Shown here one piece after another: positions 1 through 17,096 of a DNA stretch of 64,000 bases. Both the position numbers and the translations under genes were made by a program. The stretch's first letter is position 1; each line of letters starts with the position of its first letter. Below the pieces are notes generated by a model. It worked only from the letters and a program-made list of their open reading frames with translations. It ran no database searches and was not told where the DNA came from. The stretch is from assembly GCF_009914755.1 (NCBI RefSeq), contig NC_060927.1; one strand, 5' to 3'. The DNA comes from the human T2T-CHM13v2.0 reference genome, Homo sapiens.

Positions 1-429
1 TAGGAATGGCTGAGGCTTCTGTTGCCCGCAATCAACTTCTCCCTCTGCCCAGCCCTCCTTCCCTCACTCCCTCACCAGTGTCGAGCCTGAGCCTACTCCC
101 TAATAAACTTCCTGAATGCAAATCTTCATCTCACAGTTTCTTTCCCTGGAAAACAGACCTAAGACGCACTTCATTTCTCTGGAACTTAGTTTCTGCAGAT
201 TTACTGAGTTGCAAAGCTTAAAAGCAATGATGTATGCAAAGCTCCTGGTCCAGGACATGATAAGTCTTCAATAAATGTCACTTGTTCTCTTTTCTGGCCT
301 CCCTGTGCCCTTTGGTCTCACACATATGTGTATCTGCCATTGAGCTCAAGCCAAGGCCTTATACAGGGTAGATGCCCAGTGTGTTCTGAATTGAGTCAAT
401 ACACAATATATGACAAGCATTGCACTTGT

Positions 430-770
430 CACATTTATTAGAAGATGAAGTGGAAATGGTTCATTGTCCCCCAGTATCCATGCTCAATTTCTCTCATAGA
501 AATAAAACTCTAGACTTTTAGCTGGGTACACTTCATCCCAGAATGAAGACTACAGCCTTCCCTGCAGCTAGGTATGCCCATCCGTTTAAATGCTGGCCAG
601 TGAAACATGAGCAGAAATGATGTATGCAACTTCAAACGTGTCTTAAAAAGAAAGGTCATGCTTTGCCCTTCCCACTGGTAAGAATGCAGATGTGATGGCT
701 GGAGCTAGAGCAGCCACATTGGACCACAGAATAGCAGGGCAACTGTGAAGCCAGCAGATGTACCCTGGGC
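430..770 (+). mobile_element. Old ERVL-type LTR fragment (LTR33-like)
   Basis: cagccttccctgcagctaggtatgccc...gccagtgaaacatgagcagaaatga resembles the LTR33/LTR16 family. Confidence 0.5.
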
Positions 771-1849
771 TGAATGCTCACTGGCTGTGCCTTTCAGGAC
801 CTAGTGCAGCAGATCTCTCACCTCACAGAGCCTCAGTGTTTGCATATGTGAAATGAGACAAATTCTAAGTGAGACCATATACAATGGAATCTCACTGTAC
901 CCAACAGTTCTATTTTACAGGGGAGAAAAATTCACTTAGAACTGAAGGGCTTGGACTCTTGGGAATATTGAATTTCAGACTAACTCCTTCTTAATTAACT
1001 CATTTTGTTTATATTTATCTTTGTGGTGTGACCTTCCTTTCCTGGGGATGGTCCAGATCTAGCAGGTCCAGGGGAAAGGCTAACAAATAAAGAAACAGAT
1101 CTCTCCCTGTCAAAAAGGGCATCGAGTTCATGTAAATTAAAACGTGGGCCTGGCAGGCCTCCACAAGGCACGTCAGAGGTCCAGAGGCGCTCATGATGCT
1201 TATATGCTTGTTGTTCTGTGATGATTTAAAATGCCCTCAGAGCTGCAGGCACCATGGTGGTCTGGAGAGGTGCAGGTGAACCAGGAGCTGTGCAGCCTTT
1301 GCATATAGAAGAAGAGGAGGGTTTTCCTATAGATCCTGGTCAACGATGGAGAGGTTTCCATGAGCTCACTTGTCTTTGAAGTTAAGAAAAAAAAGTTTCC
1401 ATGAGCACAGCAAAGGGGCATAGAGTAGACCCTGGCCTAGATGACATGGAGGGTTTTGGAGGAAATTGGGAAGAAGAGTTTTAGAGGACAACTCATGAAT
1501 GCGTAGAATTAGCATGGATTGGCTGTGGGTGTTTGTGGATCCAAGGACTGGCTTTCGTCTGGCCTGGACCCAGGCCTCTCCAAACCTCAGCCCAGCCCCA
1601 TCCCAGCTGCCCTGCCTCCAGACCCTGCCCACCCTCTGAGATCCAAGGAACCTCTCATTATAGCTTGGCTTTCTGCTCTATGCACCCCAGGGTATCACCC
1701 AAGGTCATGTTTAGACTTTTCACAAGAATTGGACAATTAGAGCAGACAAACAGTATGAATAACAGCAGTGCACAGCTCAGAATCTTGAAGGAGGCTGGCG
1801 TAGAGGATGGTGTATGTGTGCAATTTCAAAGGGCTTTACCCACTGGAAC

Positions 1850-4340
<2,491 letters not shown>

Positions 4341-4962
4341 TGGCAGACCTGGGTTCAGGGCTGAGATAGAGCCCAGTGGGGTGTCAGAGTGGGGCATAAG
4401 CCTAGGGCTGGCCTGTCCACCCAGTTTCAGCCAAGGGTGGCATGGGGGTGTGGAAAGGGAGGGCACTGTGCAGGCTGGGACAAGGGGAGACAAAAGAGGC
4501 ATCCTCCATAAAAAACACAGGGAGGCACTCACTGCCAGGCCTGTGGGTGGCCTCCGAGAGGCTGAGCCTCATGGAGGAGAGGCAGCCAGTTCCAGGCAGT
4601 GTGGCAGGCCAGGGGCAAACTGGAACTGGAACTTGGGGAACTGATTCTGAGGTCACCCTCTCAGGGGGTAGGAGTTTGCCTGTCCCTAGTTGAATACAGA
4701 GATCCAGTCAGGGACAGGGTCTGGCCTTCAGGTCACTGTGGGGAATTGAATGGGGAAACCGAGGCTGGAGCACAAAATAATGGATTGGACCAGCACTGCA
4801 CAGTGGTGGTGGGTGTAGGGGAGATGCAGTAGCTTTGTGGCCCTGGGTGCAGGGACCTCCAGGGTCACACCAGACACAGGGCTGAAGGACCATGGGGCAG
4901 ATCACATTTCCAGAGGCGACCACACAGCACCTCCCATCCCGCACACGCTTTTGCAGTGTGAC

Positions 4963-5375
4963 TGTCTTACTCCGTTTTGTGTTGCTATGAAAGAGTACCT
5001 GAGGCTGGATCATTGATAGAGAAAAGAGGGTCCTTTAGCTCACCATTGTGCAGACTAGGAAGTTCGAGGACTTGGCCTTGGCTTCTGTTGAGGGCTGTCA
5101 TGCTGCTTCATAACATGGCCAGGGTCAAAGGGAAAGTGGGCAAGTATGAAGGGTGGTAAACTGAGAGGTGTCTGGCTTTATAACAACCCTCTCTCGAGGG
5201 AACTAACTTATTCCCATGAGAACTCATCCAGCCTCACCAGAGTGAGAACTTGCTCACGGCCTAGAACAGCACCAACCACTCATGAGGGAAGACCTCATGA
5301 CATAAACACCCCCCACTAGGCCCCACCTACCACCACCACCACTACATTTCAACACAAGCTTTGGGGACAAACAGA
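4963..5375. mobile_element. MaLR LTR (MST-like)
   Basis: tgtcttactccgttttgtgttgctat..gagtacctgaggctgg...ggggacaaac is typical of MST. Confidence 0.7.
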
Positions 5376-5399
5376 CCATGGCATTGACCTTGTCTTGTC

Positions 5400-6286
<887 letters not shown>

Positions 6287-9200
6287 TGAGGCCACTGTGC
6301 ACGAGCTGGCTCCTGCTTTTCCTTATGCAGCTGCTATCAGGCATGTGCTGCCTGGTCTGTAGACAGCCCGCAGGGGCACCTTAGAAGAGGTAGGGCCATG
6401 CACCTTCTAAGCATCAACTTTCTGCTTCTGCAAGTGAGAGAAGCACTGCGTGGGGTGCCTGACGCCAATCCCTCTAGGTCTCACCTCCTCCCTTGCCCTT
6501 GAATCGTCTTCCTCCCCATCACCTGACAACACTACTCTGGCCTGGCTGGACCCCAGCTTCCTCCCTTGCCCTGGCAACCCTCTCTCCCAAAGACACCACT
6601 GAGACTTTAGAAGTTCAACGCTGACCTCACCGCATCTGCCTAGCCCTCTTCACATGCCACTGTCAAGGTCTCCTGTGACCTGGCCTGGCTGCCTCTCTCC
6701 CTGTCTCCTGATCCCTGCCCTGTGAAACCGTCCCCTGCTTGAACTCCAGATACAACTCAACGGACAGTGGATACCTTGGCAGACGCCACCTCCACCAGTG
6801 ATGAAGGTGAAGAGCCCTGGAAAGCAGTGGCACTGGTGCATGGACCCCCATGTGGTGTGATGAGGAGCACCTCCTCTCTGTGGTCCTCCCCCTCAGGATG
6901 CCAGTGCCATCATAAGGAAGCATCAGAAAAGCCCCAGGGGAGGCCCATCCTGTGGACTAACTGGCCAGCGCCCTTCCAGAGTGACCAGGTCACAAAAGAT
7001 GAGGAAAGGCTGGAGGGGACCAGGGAGACAAGATGACCACACGAAATGGATCCTGGATTATTTCCTGAAACAGAAAAAGGACATCAGTGGAAATGCTGGA
7101 GATATCTGAACTCTAGTTCACGGTGGCACAGCAACAGTTATTCCTTAGTTCTGACAGTTGTATCACGGTTACGTGATGTGTTAACATACGGGACAGGAAT
7201 TCTCTGCACCACCTTTTAGTTCTTCAGTAAATCTAAAATTATTTCAAAATAAAAGGTTTAAAAACCCTAGATGCTTAAAAATTCCTTATCGTGTCTCTCA
7301 CTGTAACTGTATGCATAATCACTGTAATAACTCAAATCAGCCGAGGCACACAATGGTGACAGTGCTGACCTCCCTTCAAAGAGAAGCTGGCGTAATGCGC
7401 GTGCCTCCAGGTCCCGTGCATGTGTTAACACATATCATAACTCGATTTTGTTTTTCTCATAAATGGGATATAAAGCACACTGTGTCCTGCCACTTGCTTT
7501 TTCTCCTGTTACTCCCCCTGGGGCGTCTTCCAGGTGGGGCCTGTGTTCACGGCCGTGGATGTAAACCACATTTCAAGCAGGCTTCTCGGTGAGTTGTAAT
7601 TTCTGTGTCCGACTCCTCATCAGGGCCGATTCCATAGACGCTGTATTTACCTAGTACTGTGCACCCTGAGTGGCTCCTTCCAGGAGTGAAGAAGAGTGCC
7701 GAGTTACCATTTCTTGTTTTAAGCTCTTGCTTCCATTATCTTCAAAACACATTTCCTTCACATGAAACTTCTTAAGCCACTTGCTCATTTTGTTAGGGTT
7801 AGTTTAATTAAAACCAGAGACTATAATCCACAAATCCACTTACCCAGGCAATTCGCTGAAACAGAATAGACCTGCGTGGGCCCCTCTATGCTTCAGGCCT
7901 CCCCCTGCTGCGAGGGGATGTGGCTGTCCGAACACCAGGGCTGAGAAAGGACCTCCGGAGGGCGGTGCCGTCTTTACAGTAGGCATTGATCAAGCTGATT
8001 GCTTTCTTGTTGTGGAGTAACACAGGTACAAAATAGAAGTTCTAATGTTTTCTTCTCACACCCTGTGGTATTCATAGAAGTTCCAGCATATTTTTTGCAG
8101 CATATTCACCAGTGGCTTGGCCTGCATGGAGGGTTGGTGCTCCATTTTGGGGACCCCTGGGCTGGGTCCTCTGCTATCCTTCGCAAGGCTAACTTGTCCT
8201 CCAGGCTCTGGAGACTCGCCTGCCCCCCAGGAAGAGAGGCAGAGAACATGCACAGCATGCACTCGAGCCTGACTCCCCAGCTGCATCAGGACCCCCCCTC
8301 GCTCTGGTCACAGCCACCTTCCTCCCTTTGGTCAAACATGATGCTGACCATACCACTGGGTACAAGCGACCCCCTGAAGCCTCTGAGGGCAAGCTCCTGC
8401 TCTCTGTGCTCACGCTGCCCACACAGGCCAGTGCTGAGGGGTGCTGAGGATGCACGGTGGAGGAAGGAATGGGAGAAGAGTTTGGATCTGCTCTGAACAC
8501 GCGGGGAGAAGACCTGCTCCTCTCTCTCACCACAGCCCACCATGCCCCAGCACACAGCTGTGTCTGCCGTACATCTCACACCTGCCCCTCCTGTCTTCCC
8601 CACACTCAGCCACCAGTCGGAAAGCTGTGACCCCTGCTTCCCAGCTTCCCCTCTAGACACCCCTGCACCCCCAGGACTCACGGCACGTCCCTGCTTAGAT
8701 GCTGTCCATGGTTCCCCCACCGCGTTTAAAGGCTACACCTGCCCAGGCGCGAGGCTCACTGTTGGCCCTGGCTAGCTGCTCCCCCACCACCCCGCACTGG
8801 GCCTCCTTGCCCTTTTTGTCCTTGGAACCTTGGCACAGGCTTGGGATGCTCCCCAGCTCTACACAGCCACCCTGCTCCATGTCCCTTGGAACCTAGGCAG
8901 GGCCTCCTGCTGTAAGCCTCATGTGTTTCTCTTCTCTTTAAAGGCCGCAGTGTACCCACACACCCAGTGGGCGTTTGCTAAAGGCAGGCACACAAGAGCA
9001 AAGAAAGGGAAGGAGAAAGGAACAGCATGCCCTATCCTGGGAGGTGAGGCAGTGGGCAAGGCCCCAGGCTCTGGGCTGAAGGCGGCCTCTGCAATCCTAG
9101 GTGACACCAAGGTCCAGGTGGGGTGGGGGTGAGCGGCATACCTGATGGGCACAAGGGTGTGGACAGGGCTGGAAGCAACTGTCCCAGTGTGTCCTGCTTT

Positions 9201-12200
9201 CCCTCCCTGGGGGGTCCCTTGGGCATCTCAGCCTGGTGAGGCACTTTCCTCCCTCCAAGTGCTGGCACGTGACCAAGAGAGGGTGGCATCAGGAAGCACC
9301 TGTGCCTGTGTCTGTGTGAATCAGATCTGCCTGTCGCCGTGAGCTTTGTGTCTGCCTGGATTGGTGCGGGGGTGTGTGTGTTTGTGTACCGGCGTGTGAT
9401 TGTTTTGGTTTGCTGTGATGAGTGTGGGTGTATTTCTGTGGGGGCCATGAGTGCTCTGTGGGGGTGTCTGCTGTGGGGGTGGGTCTGGGTCCCCACATGC
9501 CCGCGGAGCTGTGTGTAGGTGTCTGTGTGCTCCTCGAGCCTTCATGCTTCAGCTTCCCCCACCACAGCCCCGCCAGACCCTGCCCAGTTCCCCACTCTTT
9601 GCTCCCCCCAGTTCCCATCACCTAGCAACAACAGAATCAAAGCAGTGGCCTCTGCAGACAAAGAAGGTGTCTCTAGGAGGGAAGAGCTGGGAGGTGGGAA
9701 GTGGGGGAGGGGCCCCAGACCAGGCTCAGAGCATATCCTTGCTCCTGGCCTCCACCGCAGAAGGTGGCTCACCCCTCTGCATGGAACAGTCTCTCTCCAT
9801 TCCCTCTACCCTGGCCTTCCTCCTCCTTGCAGGCCCCAGAAGCTGGAGGGGGCTGGTCGGGGTTGGGCTCACAGACACAGTGGTGGAGCTCACAGAAGTG
9901 CCCCCACCCACCAGGAGCCCAGGGTGGGCCTCAGCCAGCCGGGGGTAATGAGGCATGGGATGGACTCTGCGGGCACCAGGCCTGACCCTGAGTGCACCCA
10001 GGCGAGGGCGGGGGACACTCAGATCTGCCCCTCTCTGCAGGAACCTGGTTTCCCCACCCTGGAGGCCAGCGCCAAAGGACGTTCACGTGCAGCTGTGGGT
10101 AATGGGTGGGCCATCCTGAGGGTTGGGAATGGAACAGGCCCAGGTGCCTCCTCTGGCCCTCAATGCCCTGCAACCTGGCCTCTCCTGGGACTCCAGTCTC
10201 CCCCGCACACCCCTGCCCTGTCCCCACACTCCAGCCGTGCTGGCCAATGGGCCAGACTCTCTTTCTTGGGGTCTTTGCACCGCCCTCCCCTGCCCAGCAC
10301 ACCCTTCCTCCAGGTTGCCACGGGGCTCACGCCATCGTTCCTGTGGTCATGCGGTTGCCACCACTTGGGCAAAGCTGGTCCTGGCCACTGTATGGCGGCT
10401 CCCCTCCCCACCCACTCTGTCCCCCACCTCTGCATTATCTCGCCTGAGGCACTTAGCTCACTCTAAGATGGTCCTAGTTACTCCCTGATTGTCTATCCTC
10501 TGACTCACCCGTGATCTAATAATAAGCTCCATGATCTAATAATAGCCAGATTCATTTAGCACTTACTATGTGCCAGGCACCGTTCTAAGCCCTTGATGTC
10601 TTCTAACTCATTTTACCCTTGCAGCAACCACACAATATAAGAGCTACTGTCTCCAATTAACACTTGGGGACACTGAGGCAAAGAGCCTGGCTGAATATTG
10701 TGCCCGTGAAGACAGAGGGACAGCCTATTTTGTTTGCTGCTGTATCCTTAGCACCCAGCACAGGGAAGGGGTCCTGGTACATTTCTAGAAAAAATGGAGG
10801 GGAGCAGAGTCCCCCTGAGCACCTGGGGTTTGATGCCTCCCTGCCCAGAGCCCTTGCTATAGCATATGCTGGTGAGGGCCGAGGCTCTAGCTCACACTCC
10901 AGACCGGGGTAGGGATCCAATCTGGCTTTGAAGACATCATGCAGAGCCTCTGCTCTGGAGATGGGAACCTGCAGACAAATGCCTCCTTATCTCAATCCTC
11001 TGAAAACAGTTTGACCAGGGAGACAGCGTTCACTCATGAATTTAAGAAAAAAAAAATCCCTGATCCCTACTTTTTGCCAACTTCAATGCTGATTTCTAGT
11101 GGTACCAAGAAAAATGCAACTGAGCCTCCATCCTCAAGGGGCTCACAGTCTTGTGTGGAGATAAAAAGTGAGTGGTCATTCAGATTGCGGTGAAATCTCC
11201 CAACGACTGTCTTCTATTCACAGTTATCAATGTCCTGGAGCGGAGCTGCTGGGGAGGAAGTATGGGGAGTGGCAGGAGATGAGATTGGACAGGGAGGGAC
11301 ATCTCTGAGTTCCCAGCCAGAGAACTAGAGGGCAAACAGAGGCCATTCATGGTCCCATGCAACAGGAGTGACACATTCGCCTTTGTGCTTTCTAGCTGAC
11401 TCCTGTGCAGGTGCAGGTGCAGGTGCAGGTGCACACACACACACACATGCCGTGTTAGTGGGGCTAGGTGCCACCTTACGAGGCCCCCAATGGAAAAAGG
11501 TTTAGGGCAGGGAGTCAGGGGTTTATACAACCATTGGAAGGGCTGGAACATCAAAAGTTGGGACTTGGAGTTTACTGCCAGCTTTCAGGGAAGTAGGATG
11601 TTACTGTTGCCTCCCAGGTCGGGAAACTGCTGAAAATTGCTGAAGATGTTCAAGGCTTTCTGTTGTTATTGCACTCAATAAATATTTATAGAATGAATGA
11701 GTGAGTGTTCACAGACTCTCATATATATTTATATCACATGGAACTAGTTTTTCCCCCAATAATTATTTATTAGAAAGGTGAATAAAATTATAAATAACAA
11801 AAACAATACCTTCACCATTAACTTAAAAAAATTCTAAATACAATTCTTTGGACTCTCTTGATCATTATTCTTATGAATACATAGGGATGCAATCAAAATA
11901 AAGAATATAATTTTGCATCCTAACCTTATTTGCTTAATTTTTAAATTTTGAAATAACCACAGATTTATAGGAAGTTGCAACGATAATATAAAGAAGTCCT
12001 TTGATGTCTTCATCCAGTCTCCCCCAGTGGTAACATCTTATGTAGCTATTCAATACTGAAGCCAGGACATTGACATTGATACAATGCACATGTTGAATTC
12101 TATGTCATTTTATCATGTGTGTAGATGCAGGCCTGCTGCAGATCCAAGTCCTGTGACCGGGGTCCTGCCCAAGGGTCCTGCTTCCCTAGGCATCCCAGAA

Positions 12201-12786
12201 GTTCAGCCTGCATCTCGACCAGAGCCTGAGAGTAGACACCTGCCGGTTTATCTGTCCCTTCATGTAGCAGGTGACAGAGGTGCCAGGGGCATGGCAGGGG
12301 TACTCTGACACAGCACTGCCCCACGGAGCCCATGTCCCAGGGCAGAAGACCCACGATGCACAGCCAGCCAGGTGAGAGAAGAAATGTCAGATACAGAACA
12401 CAATGAAGAAGAAAGCCAGCTATGAAGGTGGCCCCGTCGCAGGCTAGGGTTGGGAAGAGACCCTGAGTTGGAGGTGAACATGCAGGACGTTACTTAGGGA
12501 GGGCTCTTGCGTTGATACTGTGGACAGAAAGGGCAAGAGAAGGCAGGGCTGGCGGGGAGCTGTGATGAGCTACAACAGAAGCCCCAGCAACGCAGGCAGA
12601 GATTCTGAAGATCGATGGCCCTTCAGAGGGCCCCGGGGAGCTGCACCGGTTGCTCATAGGGAGGGGAGCGACCTCAGTTGAGGCAGCTCTCTGCAGCTGG
12701 GTGTGCTGACTCCCGGCGGATGGGGCGGTGGAGCGGGGGGGGGGGTCCGAGCACCCCCACAGATGCTGTCCAATTAGGAAGGCTTC

Positions 12787-13135
12787 TGTGATGCCTCATC
12801 TTGTACATCAACTTGGCCTGGCCACACTGCCCAGTTTCTGGTCAAACTCTGGTCTAGACATTTCCACAAATGTATTTTTTAGATAGAAAAAATATTTAAG
12901 CCAATGGACCTTGAATAAAGCAGATTACCCTCCATCATGTAGGTGGCCTCATCCGATCAGTCAAAGGCCTCAATAGAACCAAGACTGACCTCTGCCAAAG
13001 AGAGAATTCTTTCAGCAGACGGCCTTTGGACTTGAGCTATGACGGCAACTCTTCCCCGGGCCCACCTGACGGACTGGGTTTCTCAGCCTCCACAGTCGTG
13101 TGAGCCAATTCCGTAAGATAAATCTCTCTCTCTTC
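12787..13135 (+). mobile_element. MLT2-type ERVL LTR followed by (CT)n
   Basis: taaagcagattaccctccatcatgtaggtggcctcatcc...gtgagccaattccgtaagataaatctctct. Confidence 0.7.
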
Positions 13136-13480
13136 TCTCTCAATCTCTCTCTCAATCTCTCTCTCTCTCCAGGAAAGAACTCCAGGGTAGCTGGGAGCTT
13201 GGTATGTTCCAGGACAGCAGGGAGGCCAGAGCCGCTGTCAGTGTGAGAGGGTCGGAGTACAGTGGGGCCCTCCCTGCATGTGGGGCCTCATAAGGTGGCA
13301 TAGATGCACGCTTGTTCTGTGTGGACAGGGTTTGGGTGGGGGTGATGCTTCCTCTGTTCCCTGGGTAGAGACTTGATGTCTGGTGGCCTGGGGAAGGCAA
13401 GGAGGCCATGTGGAGGCTGCTGCTGTGGTCCGGGTGAGAGGTGACGCCACTGTAGGGCAGCTGGTGGCATGCATAATTCA

Positions 13481-13790
<310 letters not shown>

Positions 13791-15698
13791 GGGGTATTTT
13801 GCAGGCAGCATCTAAAGGCCCAGCTGCTGGCTTGGCTGTGGCCTTTGAGAAAATGAGCACAGTCAAGATGGAAGTACAGATGTGGGCAGGCCCTGTTCCA
13901 GCCTCCAGATGTTTCCATCCTAGCACTGGTAAGGATGAACTCATTTGTTGAAGGGGGAAGTCATGTGCTCCAGGAGGGCAAGGGAATGGGGCATTGTTGA
14001 ATCCTGCCTTATCCCTGAGCCCCCACAACTAGAGAAATACGAGTAACACCAGTGGAAAGGCTGCCTTCCTTCCATACCTGTGGCCACTAGGTGCTCTCAG
14101 CCCTGCTGCAGGCTAAGGGCGTGGCCACCCCCTGCCCAGGTAGCCTACAAGGAGGTTTGTGCCAAGCCCAGAGCCAGAGCAAGAGCTGGCTCTGCCTGGA
14201 GGAGCTCATGCGAGTTGAGGAGATAAGGCACAAAATAATTAGTGAGCAGAGTGTATAATTAAGCGCTAAATTGTGTGTTTCAGACTCACTGAGCTGTGGG
14301 AGTGTGAGGTGGGGGAGTCACACCAGGCTGGAGTGGCTGGGTGAGGCAGCTTCTGCAGGTTGGGGGCACGACTAAGGGGGGCAGCCCAGAGAAGGGACAA
14401 GGTTCCAGGTGGGGGCAAGGCAATGGGGCGAGGGGTGGCAGGAGCACAGTGAGGTGCAGAGAAAGGGAAGAGAGCGGCCATCAGTGTGATGGGGTCTGCA
14501 GGTTGGGGCCCCAAGACTGCATTGGGTAAGCAGTGGATCCCAGCACCTTGTGATACGCTGGGCCTCATGTACCACATCTGTGAAATGGGGATGCTGGATG
14601 TATTCCATGGGCAAGTCTGTGTACAGGTCCAGCCCAGGGTCTGGTACATGGGGACACCCAAGCAGACAGACAGGCAGGCACATAGACAGAGGGGACAGGC
14701 AGACAGACGGGAGGAGCCAGGTGGTCAGACAGATGTTCAGACATAGATGGGCCAGACAGACAAGCAAGAGAAGTTCAAATAGACAGCTGGATTCCTGTGT
14801 CCCAGCACCTGGCCCTTCCACAGCCCTGACCAGAGCAGGTCCTACCCACCCTCATCCTGCTCTGAGAGGCGGAAAGCCTGGGGCTACCAGGTGGCCCCGA
14901 GACTGAGGGCTCTGCGTGGTAGGGTGTCCTTGTTGCAGCATTCAGGAGCTGGGATTCTGGGAGAGCTGGGCTGACTTCAGGCTTTGGGGGCCAGGGCCCA
15001 AAAGTTCAAAAGGGCCCAAGAAGATGGAAGGCAGGGATGAGCACGGGTGGCCCTGGGCTGGAAGGAAACCAGGAGGCAGAACCATGAGGGACACATGCAA
15101 CCTGGCCAGGCTGGGCCCCGGGCGGTCAGGCCAGACACAGGAGAAGGGCAGCATGTCACTAGCATGGCAAAGGATCCCAGCGGCACAGGAGGCTTCCCCT
15201 TGGCAGTGCTGTGTTTGCTGCCTGGCTTAATGTGCCGCCGCCTGTTAAACAAATATTGTGACAGGCCCACTCCATACACTCAGGGACGGCGGCGGCACTG
15301 GCTGTCACCAAGGGTGGCCAGTAACGCGGGCACTCTGCACCACGCAACCTCTCCTTCCAACTCAGAGCAAGCCTGCTGCCTAAACAAACACAGGGCTTGG
15401 CCACCACCAAACACACCCAGAGGAGACACAGGAGTGGGGCCCAGCCTGACTCCAGCACTCCTGCCCCACACATGCAGGCAGGAGGAGGCAGCCCCACAGG
15501 CCCCTCTGCCCCACCTGGCACGGACACATCCAGCCAGCAAACACTGAGCATCTGTCACGTGTGGAGCACTGTCCTGGAAACAGGGAAAAGGGCGGAGCTC
15601 CCACCTAACAGAGGAGGCTGGCCACGGACAGAAGGAAATACAGCATGCCTGGCGACAATACAGAGCCAGGAGAAAAGCCACAGGTAGAGCATGACAGG

Positions 15699-16038
15699 TG
15701 TTAAAGCAAACTAAAAATGGCCTGAGAAGGACTTCATACTTCTATATGTTAGTCCTTGTGGATGAACTGTAACCTAACTTAATAGGTAGACAAAATTGGA
15801 AAAACTGTGTTCAAATAAGGCAAACGCCAACCTATAACCAATCCAGCTGTTTCTGTACCTGAATGCCGATTTCTTTACGTCATTTTCCTATTTTCGTCTA
15901 TAAATCTTCTTCCGCCATGTATCTGCGCTGGAGTCTCTGTGACTCTTCTGTGATTCTGGGGGCTGCCCGATTCCTGAATCGTTCATTGCTCAATTAAACT
16001 TCTTTAAATTTAATTCAACTAAAGTTTTTCTTTTATCA
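15699..16038 (+). mobile_element. ERV1 solo LTR (MER57-like) with 4-bp TSD CAGG, inserted into an L2
   Basis: TG...CA termini; CAGG at 15695-15698 and 16039-16042; internal CCAAT (~15838), TATAAA (~15899), ATTAAA (~15993). Confidence 0.8.
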
Positions 16039-17077
16039 CAGGGCAGTCAGGGAAAGCCTCCTGGAGACTTGGGCAAGAGACCCAAAGGAAGTGAAGGGGC
16101 GGGCAAGATGGGAGAAGAGCATCTGGAACAGCATGTGCAGAGACCCAGGGCCAGGGCTGTCACTGGCATGTTCCGGGGCTGGTAAGGAGCTGGGTGTGGT
16201 GGAAGCGGACTGTGCACCAGGAGAGGGGACCATGAGGCAGAGAGGTCCCCGGCACTCCGTGCAGGCCTCTAGGCCATTGTTGGACTGTTTCCTCTGAGCA
16301 GGTCATGGAGTGCGTGGAACAGAGGAGGGAGGGACGGGACCTGACTTTGGGTTTAGGAGGGGGGTCCCTCTGGCTGCTATGGGGTAGGAGCAGAAGCAGC
16401 AAGGCCAGCAAGGAGGCTGCGGCAACAGCTCAGGAGTGGTGGGGTGGGTGGCCCACACCACGGTGGGAACAGAGCCGGAGCGGGAGGTCAGATTCTGGGT
16501 GTATTTTGGAGGTGGAGGTGGCAGGGTTTCCTCACAGGCCGGATGTGAGGCGTGAGGGAAAGAGAAGAGACAGGGCAGAATGTGCTCATTCACTCATTTG
16601 TTCATTCATCCTACATTCACTTTGTCTTTTTGACTAGGTGGGCAGGGAGTGTGGCAGCATTGATGAGAGTAGCTTTGTGGTAACACTCCTCTTAAACATC
16701 AAATACGCAGCCTCAGCCACACAACCAAGGAGGAAGCCGCTCTTCCAAGAGTCTCCCATCCTTCTGTCCCTCCTCCTCCAGCCTGAACCCCTGCCCAGAG
16801 CACAGGGACAGCAGGGCTCCAGAGCTTCTGACCTGCCTGGGGTGGGGGCAGGCCAGGGAAGGGTTGTGGACCATGGCCACCTGTGAACCCAGTCCTGGAG
16901 GGATGCTGGGCAAAGATGAGGCACAGGGCGAAGGTCGGAGGCAGCGGCATGCTGGCCCTTGTGCAGCGGGGCAAGGTCTGGGGCACCGAGCGGCCTCACG
17001 CACCTGGCTGGAGGCTCAACTGTCCTGAGGCCGGGCAGCCACTGCAGGATTGTAAGCGGGAGCAATTTTGTTTAAGA

Positions 17078-17096
17078 CATCGCCCTCTGGTGGCCA
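17078..17096 (-). promoter_or_regulatory. CTCF core motif (TGGCCACCAGAGGGCGAT)
   Basis: Near-consensus CCASYAGRKGGCRS match. Confidence 0.65.

Noticed and set aside
7999-8720. Possible processed pseudogene (several 75-165-aa ORFs)
   Set aside because: No protein family recognised and no poly-A tail or TSD seen
9451-10488. Overlapping long ORFs including the 315-aa ORF at 9519-10466
   Set aside because: GC-rich, Pro/Gly/Ser-biased, open in several frames on both strands, non-ATG start, no recognisable domain
14078-14098. CTCF-like TGGCCACTAGGTGCTCTC (also weak matches near 23386 and 63712)
   Set aside because: Mismatches at key core positions; not supportable without ChIP data
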